NCBI RefSeq assembly: GCF_001194135.2
Contig: NC_068982.1
Span: forward strand, 191,425,045 to 191,476,184
Direction: 5' to 3'
DNA length: 51,140 bases
Origin: Octopus bimaculoides
Lineage: Eukaryota
A model generated the notes under the pieces. It searched no databases and was not told the DNA's origin. It saw nothing but the letters and a program-made list of their open reading frames with translations. The position numbers and the translations under genes were made by a program. How positions within the stretch are numbered: the stretch's first letter is position 1; each line of letters opens with the position of its first letter. Positions 1 through 12,385 of the stretch are shown here, one piece after another.

Positions 1-312
1 GCACGAACCCAAACTGCATCTCATCTAAATTGATTCGCTCCCTAATTAGTTGGGCTATGACCCTCTCTGTAACTTTCATAACCTGATCTAACAGCTTGAT
101 GCCTCTGTAATTATTTGTATCTAAAGCGTCCCCTTTACCTTTGTAGCAGTTGACTATGATGCTGCTACACCAGTCATAGGGTATGACTCCTTCGTGTATC
201 ACCTGGTTCGTAATACGGGTGACTAGGCTATAGCCAACACTGCCAGATATTTTGAGCATCTCTGCAGTGATTCCTGATGGGCCGGGGGCTTTCCCGGTCT
301 TCATACTCTTTT
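1..312 (-). mobile_element. RTE-clade LINE reverse transcriptase fragment (open frame running off the window edge)
   Basis: Minus-strand translation MKTGKAPGPSGITAEMLK...YKGKGDALDTNNYRGIKLLDQVMKVTERV...EMQFGFV has the KAPGP, YKGKGD, NYRGI and QFGF motifs of non-LTR RT. No stop in ~100 codons. Upstream part is cut by a SINE. Confidence 0.9.
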
Positions 313-329
313 TATCAGCTGGTTAAAAA

Positions 330-892
330 GCAAAGTCAATAAGAACCCCAGTACGCAACTGGTACTTGATTTTATCAACCCCAGAAAGATCAAAGACAAA
401 GTTGACCTTGATGGAATAATAATAATAATAATAATAATAATAGGAATTCTTAATTTGGGCAGAAGGGCTGAAAACCAGGGGAGGGTAAATTGAGTACATT
501 GACCCCAGCACTTAACTGGTACTTTATTGACCCCAGAACAATACAAAGCAAAGTTGACTTCAGTGGGATTTGAACCCAGAATATAAAGCTGCAAGAAATG
601 CTGCTAAGCATTTTGTCCAGCATGCTAACAGTTCTGTCAGCCTTAACAGCAACAACAATGATGATAATAATAATAATAATCCTTTCTACTATAGGCACAT
701 GGCCTGAAATTGGGGGGGGGGGGGCTAGTCAATTACATCAGCCCCAGTATTCCACTGGTACTTATTTCATCAACCCTGAAAGGATGAAAAGCAAAGACAA
801 CTTTGGCAGGATTTGAACTCAGAACGTAAAGACAGACGAAATGCTGCTAAGCATCTTGCTTGGCATGCTAACCATTCTGCCAACTTGCCATC
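330..892 (-). mobile_element. Three head-to-tail copies of tRNA-derived SINE family B separated by (AAT)n/(AAC)n/(GAT)n
   Basis: Repeated units (~336-412 partial, ~440-642, ~680-892) match the plus-strand full copy at 34739-34955 (GGTGAGCTGGCAGA A-box, GAGTTCAAATTCC B-box, GAGGTCGACTTTGC..CATC..GGGGTCGAT..AAGTACCAG body). Confidence 0.85.
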
Positions 893-1689
893 TTAATAAA
901 TAAATAAATGATGATGATGATGATGATGAACTGTCTTAAAATAACATTTTATATATCAAGTGGAAGTTAGGCAACCGTTAACAAAGGTTGTGATTATTAA
1001 CGTAGAAACCCAGCTCTGACTGTTATTAATGGAAGTGGGGGGGGGGGGTTAAAGCAATGTGTGTATAGGAGAGAGAGAGAGAGAGAGATGATAATGTCCC
1101 TGACAACAAGAAAATGTGTTAAAGTAGGAAATGGTAAGGATGTTATTATAAAAAAAGCACAAAAGAGTGAATGTTTTAAATGATGATTTTGGTAGGTTCC
1201 GAGAGGTCGTCTTTTAAGGGTAATTGGCCAGGAATTAGTTGTGACCTTTCATTTAGTCTTTGAACTGTTGGTCAGATTCTGGCACATGAAAAAGATGAGT
1301 TAATTAGACAAGCTGGTGTGACTTTCTTTTGAAATAAGGAAAACTGGAGAAGCTAAAGAATGGCTGTGTTGGCGGCAAATGATATTAAAGTGTGTGTGTG
1401 CGTGTGTGTGTGTGTGTGCGTGCGCGTGCAAATGATATTTTATTCTTGCCACTGTTGCAGCTGATGTTGATTTTATGATTGGGTCATTGTGTGCTTTTCC
1501 AAAGACCTGTGGAATATAAAGATCAGCAAGTGCAGAGATACAGTTAAAAGAAATGGAAACAACACACTCCTAACACAAGCCGTGACACACTTTTGACTTG
1601 TGAACCTTTAATGTACTTTGGTAGAATATTGTGGTTGCAAAACAAAATACAATGTCCCTGCCGGCAATTAATATGTACACCTTGGCTGA

Positions 1690-2090
1690 TGCTGGTGTTG
1701 CGTGACTGGCACCCATGCCAGTGGCACATACAGGCACCTTTCAAGCGTTGGGCCTCACGAAGGCAAAGTGGCTGAGCTTCTTTTGAGTGTTGGGCCTCAT
1801 GGAAGCAATGACCAAGACCTTTGGCATTATGTCTTGCTTGAGAAGAAGACTGACCAAGCCAAGCAAAATCGCAATCGTGGCAGATATCAATGTCACACAA
1901 ATGGCACTTGTGCTGGTGGCACATAAAAGCACCCATTACACTCTCAGAGTGGTTGGCGTTAGGAAGGGCATCCAGTTGTAGAGACCATGCCAAATCAGAC
2001 TGGAGTCTGGTGCAGCCTTCCAGCCTTGCCAGCCCTGATCAAACTGTCTAACCCATGCCAGCATGGACTACAGACGTTAAACGATGATGA
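1690..2090 (+). mobile_element. RTE LINE 3' end ending in (GAT)n
   Basis: Similar to the 3' portion that follows the RT-coding fragment at 10780-11130. Ends ...GACGTTAAACGATGATGAT. Confidence 0.7.
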
Positions 2091-3083
2091 TAGCAGTTGC
2101 CAGAAATATGCTTTGATATGTAAATTCGGCAATCCAACAGTGTTACACTGCTAAATATTTAAGTAATGCATTTGTGGATAGTTAATGGATGTCGAACTGA
2201 AGAAAGAATAAGAACTCCCGAGATATGCATATACACCCATTACCCAGTTTCTCTTATCTTTGATTGCATTGTTTACATAGACATATTCATATACAAAATG
2301 CCATAACTTTCAGGGCTGGCTCTAATTGCTATAGAAAACTTGCAAAGATACACTTAAAAAATAAGATCCCTTGTTTGGAAAACAGGAAAGGATTAGTGAC
2401 AGGAAGAGCATCAAGCTGTAAACCCCTGCCCCAAAATCAATTCCCATCCAAGACATGTTAGCACAGAAAAGTGGGGTCAGTAAACAAACCAATCACATGA
2501 GTGAAGTGAGTTCCCCTTAAAGTGGTGTGGCTTCCTCTCCTAGATGAAGCTGTTTACATCACTTAACATGATTTAACATAACTGAAAAAGGCATGAATAC
2601 CATACCTTTGTTGATTAACCTGAGGTCAGCCTTGATTGAGCTGACTTATGACTGAAGATGTTCCAGTCATAACAACTCACCCCCACCCCAGCCATAGTAT
2701 ATCTAGAAGTACATTATTCAATGTCTTTCCTTTTAAGATGATAGAAGAGAGATAGGTTGTTATTTCGAGCTGACTGAGTGACCATGCAGAGGTTTCCTTA
2801 TTTTCTCAATAAACTTTGTTTGGTGATGTTTTACGAAAAAGAAAAGAAACCAGAGGGGTTTTGTTGTTTTGTTTTTTAAGGACTTGTTTTAATTATGAAA
2901 GGTAGTTTTTGTAGGGTTTTTCAAAGCTAGTGGAGGAGAGAGTGGAAGAAACTGCAACCTAAGAATTTCTGCAGTTGGAAGCAATGCCCCAAGATATTGG
3001 ATTATTCTCAGAGAAATTGAAAAACCAGGTCTAGACAGTATACTCTGCTAGAGGCACTGAGGGTCAGGTATTGGTGACATTAA

Positions 3084-3292
3084 TCCGTCAGCATTCAGGT
3101 TTCTCTGTCAAATGTGATGCTTATTTATTCACATAGTTTTTAATTACCTCATAGCTTTCAAATTTCGATGATGTGTTTGTATATTTTTAGAATGACATTG
3201 CAGGGTAGGCGTGAGAGGCTAGATCCAGCCAGTTTGGACATAAAACAGATAAAGTATTTGGGCCAGATATGGCCAGTTTAAATGTTAAAAGG
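3084..3292. mobile_element. piggyBac-type MITE (degenerate)
   Basis: TTAA at 3080-3083 and 3293-3296 flanks imperfect TIRs TCCGTCAGCATT / AATGTTAAAAGG. Confidence 0.45.
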
Positions 3293-4470
3293 TTAAACTA
3301 GGTAACATTAAACCTGGTGTGCATTCTAGTTATGTCTGAAACAAACTCAACTAAATCTTTCATTTCTCTAAGAGAGCAGAACTACCAATATTCGGTCACA
3401 GGAGTTAAATTGTGGAAGCTAGTTCTACCCCTAAATCTTAACAGAAGTTTAACATGGTCTCTCCCTATTGTTATAACAGAAATATCATATTTAACCAAGT
3501 TATTTTTAGCTACTATTCATCATGTGTTGATAATAATCTTGGATAATTTCAAATGTAGAGCTTATAGTTTACTTTTTAAAATGGTTTTGTATTTCATTTG
3601 ATGTATTTATTTATTTAGAACATACAAAACTAGCAAAGAAACTGACTGCATTCACAGGTTATAAATAAACCATCATTTTATGAACGGCTCTATTATTTTG
3701 AAGTAGTGATGCAAATCTAAACTCGTTAAATAAACAAATTACAACAGAGATTTTAATTAAAGTCCTCCACAATCTTGGCTCCCTTCAATGCAGTTTATTG
3801 TTAAGACTAAAACATTAAATTGAATTTATTGGGATTATTTTTTTTTTCTTCAGTTTTTATTCCAGTTCCTTCCATTATGTCACCAGAAGAGGGTCTTGCT
3901 TTTTCTCTTTTTTTTTCTTTACTTGCTGGGTTTTTTGGCGGCAGGGGCAGAGCCCATGACCTTTGTAGGCCATTTATGTAATTCACTCCCTTAAATGTTC
4001 CAAGGACTGCATCCAGCTCCAGTGTCTGTTTTGGCATGGTTTCTATGACTGGATGCCCCCCTCCTAATGCCAACCACTTTACAGTGTNNNNNNNNNNNNN
4101 NNNNNNNNNNNNNNNNNNNNNNNNNNNNNNNNNNNNNNNNNNNNNNNNNNNNNNNNNNNNNNNNNNNNNNNNNNNNNNNNNNNNNNNNNNNNNNNNNNNN
4201 NNNNNNNNNNNNNNNNNNNNNNNNNNNNNNNNNNNNNNNNNNNNNNNNNNNNNNNNNNNNNNNNNNNNNNNNNNNNNNNNNNNNNNNNNNNNNNNNNNNN
4301 NNNNNNNNNNNNNNNNNNNNNNNNATATTGTATATTGTATATTATATTATATATTGTATATTCCATATTCTATACCCCACATTAGTTCTGCAGGAATATA
4401 AATAAAACATAAAAAACAGACAGTGTTGGAACTCTTTTAAACAAAATAATATATATATATATATATATAT

Positions 4471-4618
4471 GATGGGCTTCTTTCAGTTTCTATCTACCAA
4501 ATCCACTCACAAGGCTTTGATTGGCCTGTAAAAGAAGACACTTGTCCAAGGTGCCACACAGTGGAACTGAACTTGAAACCATATGGTTAGCAAGTAAACT
4601 TCCTCCCACACAGCCATG
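4471..4618 (-). mobile_element. SINE family A, 5' half
   Basis: Reverse-complement match to the head of 49533-49930 (GGTTCAGTCCCACT..CCTTGGGCAAGTGTCTTCT..GTGGATTTGGTAGA.GGAAACTGAAAGAAGCC). Confidence 0.8.
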
Positions 4619-6019
4619 CTTACATCCCATGCCTGACACACATTAATGTTTTGTTTTTTGTGGGTGTACCATAGCCATTAACAGAAACGCAACCCAGAGG
4701 TCAGTGTTAGCAAAGATAATGTTACAAGTTGAAAACCTAACCCTATCAGAACCCTGTCAGAAAATAAAAAACTAAAAAGCAGTTAGTATTTGTGCAGAGT
4801 TGGAGGGGAAGAATTCTTATGCTGCAGATAAGACCCTTCTTAGAGAAAGACACACACTATATTTTCTTTTTCTAAAAGAAAAAAAAAACTTGATAGAAAT
4901 ATTCTTTCGCCTGACACAGAACAGTAGTCCGACAGAAAGAGTAGTAACCAAGCCTGTAATTTTAGTGTCTATATATAGTAAGACGTTCTCATATTTAGCA
5001 CCAACTTGTTCCACTGGAAACTGTTGAATCTAAAAGAAACCGTCTGATATAAACATGGCAGCAGATGTTTTTTGTAACTAAAAGTGTAGAGAGACAGAAG
5101 TGGTAAAGACGACAATAAAGACACAGGAGGAAACCATTCCAGTTCCTTAGTTTATTAAGATCAGAGGGGGTGTGTCATGTCACCATATCTAGCATGGTGC
5201 ATTGCTTTATACAGAGTGTAATATATATCATTTATTGTAATGTATCGATAAGTTCTGGCAGATTCAAATGTGAATATGCTGATCTCTGTTGTATTTCATC
5301 ATCAGAGAATACGTCCACCCTTTAGATGCTGTGAGCTTGTAATCCACACAATGCATCAATTCACAATCCTCAGATATTCATGTTTGAATTTGTCAAGAAT
5401 ATATTAAGAATGAGCAGTTGAGTAATTGCCTGGTATCTTGCTTTGCTTTGCGCATCTCATGCCATTCCTCTGTTCCCAAGCAAGGAATGGCCAGACATGT
5501 TTTTCATGAAACACTAAAAACTGATGACACTGCTTGTATGAGGGTGATGCTTGTTTACAACCATCACATGGTGTCAAAACAAAGCTACACACACACACAC
5601 ACACACACATACAAGGTTTGATAACCAAAAAAAAAGTACCAGGACTGTTGCTATGGCAACTGAGCACAGACAGAAGCCTCTTTGCACAGATTGACCTTTG
5701 AACCCTGTTGCATGTGCACACTAAGTTATAATGTTCTTGCTCACTTCCATTGTTTATTGCAGTCACTTTTGATGAACTGCTAAGTTGTCAAGCAGTGGTA
5801 GGGGACAAACAGAGAGGCAAAGACACACACATATATATACATATGCCATGTTAAAAGCACCCAGTGCATACTATGGAGTGGTTGGCACCTAGGAAGGGCA
5901 CCTAGTCATAGAAACCATGCCAAAACAGACAATGCAGCCAGGGGGTGGGGCCCTGGCCTTACCAGTTCTGGACGTTAAAGGACGATGACAGTGATGATGA
6001 TGATGATGATATATACATA

Positions 6020-6241
6020 TTCATTCTTTTATTCTTTTGCTTGTTTCAGCCCTTTGACTGTGGCCCTGCTGGGGCACTGCCTCGAAAGGTTTTAGTTGAA
6101 CAGATCAACCCCGGGACCTTTTTCTTTTTTAAGCCTAGTACTTTTCTTTTGGTCTCTTTCTTTGAACCACACCAACACTGGTCGTCAAGCAGTGATGGGG
6201 GGTGGGGAACAAACACAGACACAAAGACACACAGATATATT

Positions 6242-6284
<43 letters not shown>

Positions 6285-6328
6285 NNNNNNNNNNCACAGA
6301 CACAAAGACACACACAGATATATTATAC

Positions 6329-6359
<31 letters not shown>

Positions 6360-6473
6360 CCACTCACAGGGCTTTGGTTAGCCTGAAGCTATAGTAGAAG
6401 ACACTTGCCCATTGTGCCACGCAGTGGGACTGAACCTGGAACCATGTGGTTGGGAAGCAAGCTTCTTTATCAC
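6020..6473 (-). mobile_element. SINE family A, near full length, with internal (TA)n microsatellite
   Basis: Head, internal microsatellite (with N gap) and 3' tail (..CAGTCAAAGGGCTGAAACAAGCAAAAGAATAAAAGA) match the other family A copies. Confidence 0.85.
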
Positions 6474-7304
6474 AGTCATTGTTGCATATAGAAATAGTCA
6501 TTGAGTTTGAAGTGTGTCAAGGCCAGAGAGAAGGGATTATAATATGAGACTAAACTGAAACCCTAGAAGCTTCCCACAGTGAAAAGAATGTATTAAATTC
6601 CTTGAATTAAATTAAAGAAACAGAGAATATTTAGAGAAAGTCTGAAACATCCTGTGATGGTAATTCAATTCTTCTGAGAATTAAAGAACGACCAATGAAA
6701 GCAGAGAGAGTGAATGGAATTGGTATTTTTATAGTAAAACCAAAATACTACAGCATTGTCTTTGACAATTGTGTCTATTCCATAAGAAAATAGTTTCATC
6801 TACAGAAGCAGGATATTAACGTTTGGGCCACGGCAAGACCAGTCTCTATGCTAGATATAGCAGCCTAATGTCTTAAAAAAATAAAGACACATTAGGCAAT
6901 GAAGTTCTAGTTATCCATAAATGTGATGGTCATGGCTTGATCAGTACGGACCTAGGGCTAAACAATATTACCGATAAATCTCAAGATATATTTTACTTGA
7001 TTCATTTATTAGACTGTGGCCATACTGGGGCACCGATTGAAGAATGTTTAGTCAAATTAACTGACCCCAGTGCATATTTTTCAAGCCTGGTACTTATTCT
7101 ATCAGTCTCTTTTGCCGGACACTGGCATCAGCCACAACAATGGTCTCACTTGGCTTGACAGGTTACCACAATCACGGTATATCACCAAGGGTTTTGGTCA
7201 CCTGTCACTGACTCTATGAGGCCTAACACTCAAATGGTGCTTTTCATGTGCCACTGGCACAGGTGCCAGTCTGAAGCACTGGCATCGGCCACACATGTAT
7301 ATAA

Positions 7305-7342
<38 letters not shown>

Positions 7343-7886
7343 ACACACAGAGTTTGCATGTGTGTATGTATACACACATTTACAGGCATTATATGCTTGT
7401 ATTTGTATGTGTGTGCATGTGTATGCTTTTGTTTTTTCCCTTGAGGGGTCTGGCTAAAAACCCTAAAACAAAAACTAACATCTACATTTCTAAATCTATT
7501 TTAATCTATTTTATAATCAGGAATATATAATATAAACGAGCAAACGAGGTTTCATTTTCCCACTTAATGTGGAAAACTGCCAGATCTTGTACAACAGCTG
7601 CAAACATCTTTAAACAATTCCCAACTTCATTTAACAAACAAACAAAAAAAAGGGAAAAAAACTACTATTTTTTTTCTTTCTTTATTGTATTTTTCTCTCT
7701 TTTATCCCCAAAAAACTGAAAGGTTTTAAAAAAATGTTAGTATTTCTCTTTAAAATTTTGTCGTTAAATTCAAATTCAGTTATTAAATAGCAGTTAAAAA
7801 CGCCTTCGTCTGAACTCATTAATTGAGATACTTAAGAAGTTCTCCCAAAACTGTTTCTGTTGCCAGCAGCACAACAGAGAAGGTAT

Positions 7887-8046
7887 TTAGACGATGATAG
7901 CTGCTTGCTGGGCCTTTTCGTGTTTCTCAAATATTCCCCTAACCGAAGCTGTGCCAAATTTAGCAGCCCCTTTTTCTACAAAACATACCTCCTTCCCTAC
8001 ATCGCTTAACTTAGATCTGGGTTTGTCAGTACATTCATGAGAATCC
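7887..8046 (-). CDS. Candidate terminal coding exon of an unidentified minus-strand gene: (x)DSHECTDKPRSKLSDVGKEVCFVEKGAAKFGTASVRGIFEKHEKAQQAAIIV*
   Basis: Acceptor ctctgcag|G, phase-2 start, 52 open codons to TAA in non-repetitive, GC-richer sequence. Followed by an AT-rich UTR-like stretch with AATAAA near 7681-7686. No family recognised. Confidence 0.45.
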
Positions 8047-8094
8047 CTGCAGAGTATATAATAATCCTTAAAAAATACATATCTTTCTTTCCTT

Positions 8095-8478
8095 TTTTTT
8101 ATCTTTCACTTGCTTCACTCATTAGACTGCGGCCATACTGGGGCACCACCTTGAAGAATTGTAGTCAAACAAACCGACACTGGTATTTTTTTTTTTAATC
8201 TACATACTTATTCCATCAGTATCTTTTGTCAAACTGTTAAGTTATAGGGATGTAAACACACCAACACCAGTTGTCAGGTGGTGAGGGGGGATAAAATACA
8301 CACACATACTAACAAGTATTATATATCTATGACATGCTTCTTTCAGTTTCCGTCTCCCAAATCCACTGAAAAGGATTCATCTACCCAAGGCTGTTTGTTG
8401 TAGAAGGTGCCATGCAATGGGACTGAACCTTGACTCCTGTGAATGGGAAGCAAGCTTCTTACTACACACAAATGCCTG
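8095..8478 (-). mobile_element. SINE family A copy
   Basis: Head and tail match 49533-49930 in reverse orientation. Confidence 0.8.
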
Positions 8479-8584
8479 CACCTATAAATAAAAACCTTTC
8501 AAAAAAGGGGTCCCAGTTCTACATTATTATCTACAATTGTAAATTATTCAAATACGATATTTGCATTGTTAATAAGAATATTGG

Positions 8585-8840
8585 AACGAGCATATGACAT
8601 AGTGGTTAAGAGCGCAGGCTACTAACGCCAAGATTCCAAGTTCGATTCCAGGCAGTGACCTGAATAATAATAATAGCATCGAAAAATACGTTAGGAATGA
8701 AGACTCAGGTTCGAAATTTCCCCAAGACACCTGATGGAGGCTGGAGGGTATATCAGCCGAAACGTGTTAACAACAAACAAGATGAGGACAAATATCCATC
8801 AAATGTAAATAATGTAAACAAGATGAGGACAAATGTAAAT
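8585..8840 (+). mobile_element. SINE family C: tRNA-like head + (AAT)n + hammerhead-like 3' module
   Basis: A-box TGACATAGTGGTTAAG and B-box AGTTCGATTCC, then ACAC-CTGATGGA-GGCTG-loop-CAGCC-GAAAC-GTGT, and a duplicated terminal AACAAGATGAGGACAAAT. Confidence 0.7.
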
Positions 8841-8919
8841 TTTAAATTATCAGTTTTGGATTAGAAAATGAAAACAACACTACTATGACAGAATTATCAG
8901 CTGACAACAATAACAATCG

Positions 8920-9128
8920 TTTCTGCTCTAGGCACAAGGCCTGAGATTTTGGGGTAGGGGGATAGTTGATTACACTGAACACAGTACGCAACTGGTACTT
9001 ATTTTACCAATCCTGAAAGGATGAAAGGCAAAGTCAACCTCGGCAGAATTTGAACTCAGACCATTACTGCAGATGAAATACCGCTAAGTGTTTTGCCCAG
9101 CGTGCTAACGATTCTGCCAGCTCACCAC
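8920..9128 (-). mobile_element. SINE family B, full length
   Basis: Reverse-complement match to 34739-34955, flanked by (AAC)/(AAT) repeats. Confidence 0.85.
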
Positions 9129-9285
9129 TTTGATAATAACAACAACAACAACAAGTGGTGGTAATGTTTAGAGATGGTAGTGCCAGGAAGAGCAAGTTTG
9201 GTCAAGAACCTGAAATCACATACATGTTGACTCATCAGTAGAATTAGCTCTTCAAGAGGACGGCACTTGTCTTTGAAACGAAATA

Positions 9286-9406
9286 TTATCCATTGATAAC
9301 TGTGAGGTCGTAGAATGAACTTATTAACCCCATGCGGCCCTGTTTCATGTTTCCCTGTTCCTTCTTTGCTTTGTTTGGAATTATAGCCTTTCTAGGGTCA
9401 TTAATG
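9286..9406 (-). CDS. Candidate (alternative terminal) exon: (x)INDPRKAIIPNKAKKEQGNMKQGRMGLISSFYDLTVING*
   Basis: An ~80-nt polypyrimidine tract (9420-9500) precedes the acceptor ctaaaag|C. Only the phase-2 frame is open (39 codons). Confidence 0.3.
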
Positions 9407-9730
9407 CTTTTAGACATGAGAGGGAGGAGACAGAGAGAGAGAGGGAAGAGAGCGAAAGAAGAGAGAAAAAAAAGAGAGGAAAAAAAGAGAGAATGCTTTA
9501 AGGAAGACTTTGGAAAGAATTGTCTTTGAGTCACTGAAGTCAGTTCTTAAGAAAGAAAGAAATGCTGCTGCAGGGTGACTAAATGGTTTAGAAAGAATGG
9601 TGGAGGATTGTGGAAGAGGAAACCACCAAAAATTGTCAAAGTCCATTGGGTATCATCATCGTGTAGGGAGTCGGGGAGGGGAGAACTGGAACACAAATAA
9701 CATGGTAGATGTTCAGCAATACAGTGTGTA

Positions 9731-9763
<33 letters not shown>

Positions 9764-10344
9764 ATCGTTTCAAATTGTGGTACAAAGTCAGTAATTTCAG
9801 TGCCAAAATTGAAACCGATAAAGAATTGTTAATGCATTGAATAAAATGAATCATAGTGTTTCTTCCAGTTCTTCATGTTCAAAGTTCAAATGCTGCCAAA
9901 GTTAATTTGCCTTTTATGCTTTCAGGGTTGATAAAATAAAGTACCAAGTTCAACTTTGTCTTTTGTCCTTTTGGAATCAAAAAATTAAGTACTAGTTGCA
10001 TACTGGAGGTAACGTAATTGACTTACCCGCACCCATGAAATTACGGACTTTGTGCCAAAATTTGAAACCATTATTATTAAAAAGACCCATGCGTACTCAA
10101 GAAAACCCGTACTTCACAGCAGAAGTGTTACATCTGCTCCCCCTGGAGAAGATGATTGGCCTGCAAAAGTCTTGTGCTGGGGCTATGGGGAAAGCACCCA
10201 CGCTGGTGCCACATAACAGAGCTCGTAAGAACATCCAGCCATAGAAACCCTGCCAGAACAGACCGGGGTTTCGGTGCAGCTCTCCAGCCTTGCCAGCCCT
10301 GGTCGAACCGTCCAATTCAGACCAACATGGACACCAAACGTTAA

Positions 10345-11130
10345 GTAGTTGATAGCTTCCACTTCCTAGGTGACCAAGTCAGCAACAGAGGTGGATGCTC
10401 TGTGAGCATTGCCACTAGAATAAGAATAGCCTGGGCAAAGTTTAGAAAGCTCTTACCTCTGCTGGTGACAAAGGGCCTGTCCCTCAAAGGAAAAGGCAGA
10501 TTGTATGATGCCTGCGTCCAGACAGCCATGCTACATGGCAGTGAAACATGGGCTGTAACTGCTGGATGTGCAATGTCAATGCAGACATATGACAGAGTGT
10601 AAGCATCTTGAGAGAAAATTTGGGCATAAGAGGCATCAGATGTGATGTGCAAGAGAGATGACTATGCTGGTATGGTCATGTGACGCACAAAGGAAAGAAA
10701 CGTTGATCCCTAACTGTGAAGGGAACCCGTGGAAGAGGTGGAAGACATTGGATGAGGTGATGAAGCATGATTTTTGAATGTTGGGTCTCACGGAGGTGAT
10801 GACAAATGACCGAGATCTTTGGCAGTTTGCTGTGCTTGAGAAGACTCCATCAGGCCAAGTGGAATCGTAGTCATGGACAATGCTGGTGACACATAAAAGG
10901 TACCTGTGCCAGTGGCATGTAAAAGGCACCCACTACACTCTTGGAGTGGGTGACGTTAAGAAGGACATCCAACTATAGAGACCAAGCCAAAATCAGACTG
11001 GAACCTGGTTCAACTCTCCAGCTTACCAGTTCCAGTCAAACCATCTAACCCATGCTAGCATGGAAAATGGATGCTAACTAAACGATTGTCCAACCCATGC
11101 CAGCATAGAAAGCGGATGTTAAACGATGAC
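10345..11130 (+). mobile_element. 5'-truncated RTE LINE (RT C-terminus plus 3' UTR, (GAT)n(TAT)n tail)
   Basis: Translation VDSFHFLGDQVSNRGGCSVSIATRIRIAWAKFRKLLPLLVTKGLSLKGKGRLYDACVQTAMLHGSETWAVT is a typical RTE RT thumb region. Frameshifted downstream. A separate tail-only copy lies at ~10150-10340. Confidence 0.85.
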
Positions 11131-11143
11131 GATGATGATGATG

Positions 11144-11187
<44 letters not shown>

Positions 11188-11998
11188 CATCATTATCATT
11201 ATTATTATATAAACTTATTGTTTGACACAAACAGCTCTAAAAACACCTTTACCAAAGAGAATTATGAGAATTATTGCTATTATAATTCCTATTTAAACAT
11301 TTATAATTTGTAATTAAACCAAACAAATGAGAACAACTCAGCAGTTTTTAATTACAAATCTCTGTTGGACATTTGATTTCTTTTGTTGAAACAATTAAAT
11401 ATTTAACGAATATACTTTTGATTTTTTTTTTTACTTATTTTCATTTTTTGGTTTACTTAATGACAAATATGAACTGTAGCGTCAGGCCTAATCTCTTAAT
11501 GTGTGTGTTTTTGAACTCCGAACGTAAACGCAGATGAAATACTGCTCAGCACCTTGCCTCGCACGCTAATGGCTCTGGCATCTTGCCACTTAAGTGTTTA
11601 TAGATTAACCACAGAGAGCTGAAAAGTTGACCCTCATGGAATTAGAACTCAGAACAGTAGAATAACCAATTATAGATGCAGTAAATCTGCATGTCTTATT
11701 GTTTTCCAGTTTTGATTAATTTTGATTTGGCAGGTTTTAAGAAATAGGAAATCTGTGCTGTGGCATTCATACCTTTCTCATGGGAATAGGTGTTGAAAAT
11801 AAAATGGTAATTACTGACAGAAGGCACTAAAACTGGTTCCTTGTGAAAATCTTAGAAATTTTCACTTCTTCCTTTTACATCGCATTTAACCATTCCAATG
11901 GCACCGATTAAACATTCCTTATTTATTCATCCTTACAGAAATGTTCCTGAAATAGTTTTCTTAATACAATCCTAAGCCTAACCCCAAAACAAACCCTG

Positions 11999-12385
11999 TT
12001 ATGAGTGTGTGTGGGTGGGTATGCATAGGTGTGTGAAAGAGAGAAAGAGTGTGTGTGTGTGTGTGTGTGCATGTGTGAGAGAGAGAGAGAGAAAGAGTGT
12101 GTGTGTGTGTGTGTGTGCGTGTGTGAGAGAGAGAGAAAGAGTGTGTGTGTAGGGGTGTTTGAACACAACTCTTACTAAGGCTGTGTAAAGCACAACTTTA
12201 TTGCATTTTAACACACACAGACACACACACACAGACACACACACACACACACAGACACAGACACACACACACACAGACACACACACACACAGACACACAC
12301 ACACACAGACACACACACACACAGACACACACACACACACAGACACACACACACACACAGACACACATACAGACACACACACGCA
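11999..12385. repeat. Compound microsatellite block: (GA)n(GT)n units, then (ACACACACACAG)n
   Basis: Directly visible. Source of several C/V- and T/H-rich spurious ORFs. Confidence 0.95.

Noticed and set aside
8585-8660. tRNA-like sequences at SINE heads
   Set aside because: They have A/B boxes but no intact cloverleaf and continue into repeat bodies, so they are SINE heads rather than tRNA genes.
9500-9690. Several protein-like frames on both strands (e.g. ...TIFGGFLFHNPPP..HLVTLQ)
   Set aside because: The frames conflict, there is no donor site, and the composition is low-complexity purine/pyrimidine.
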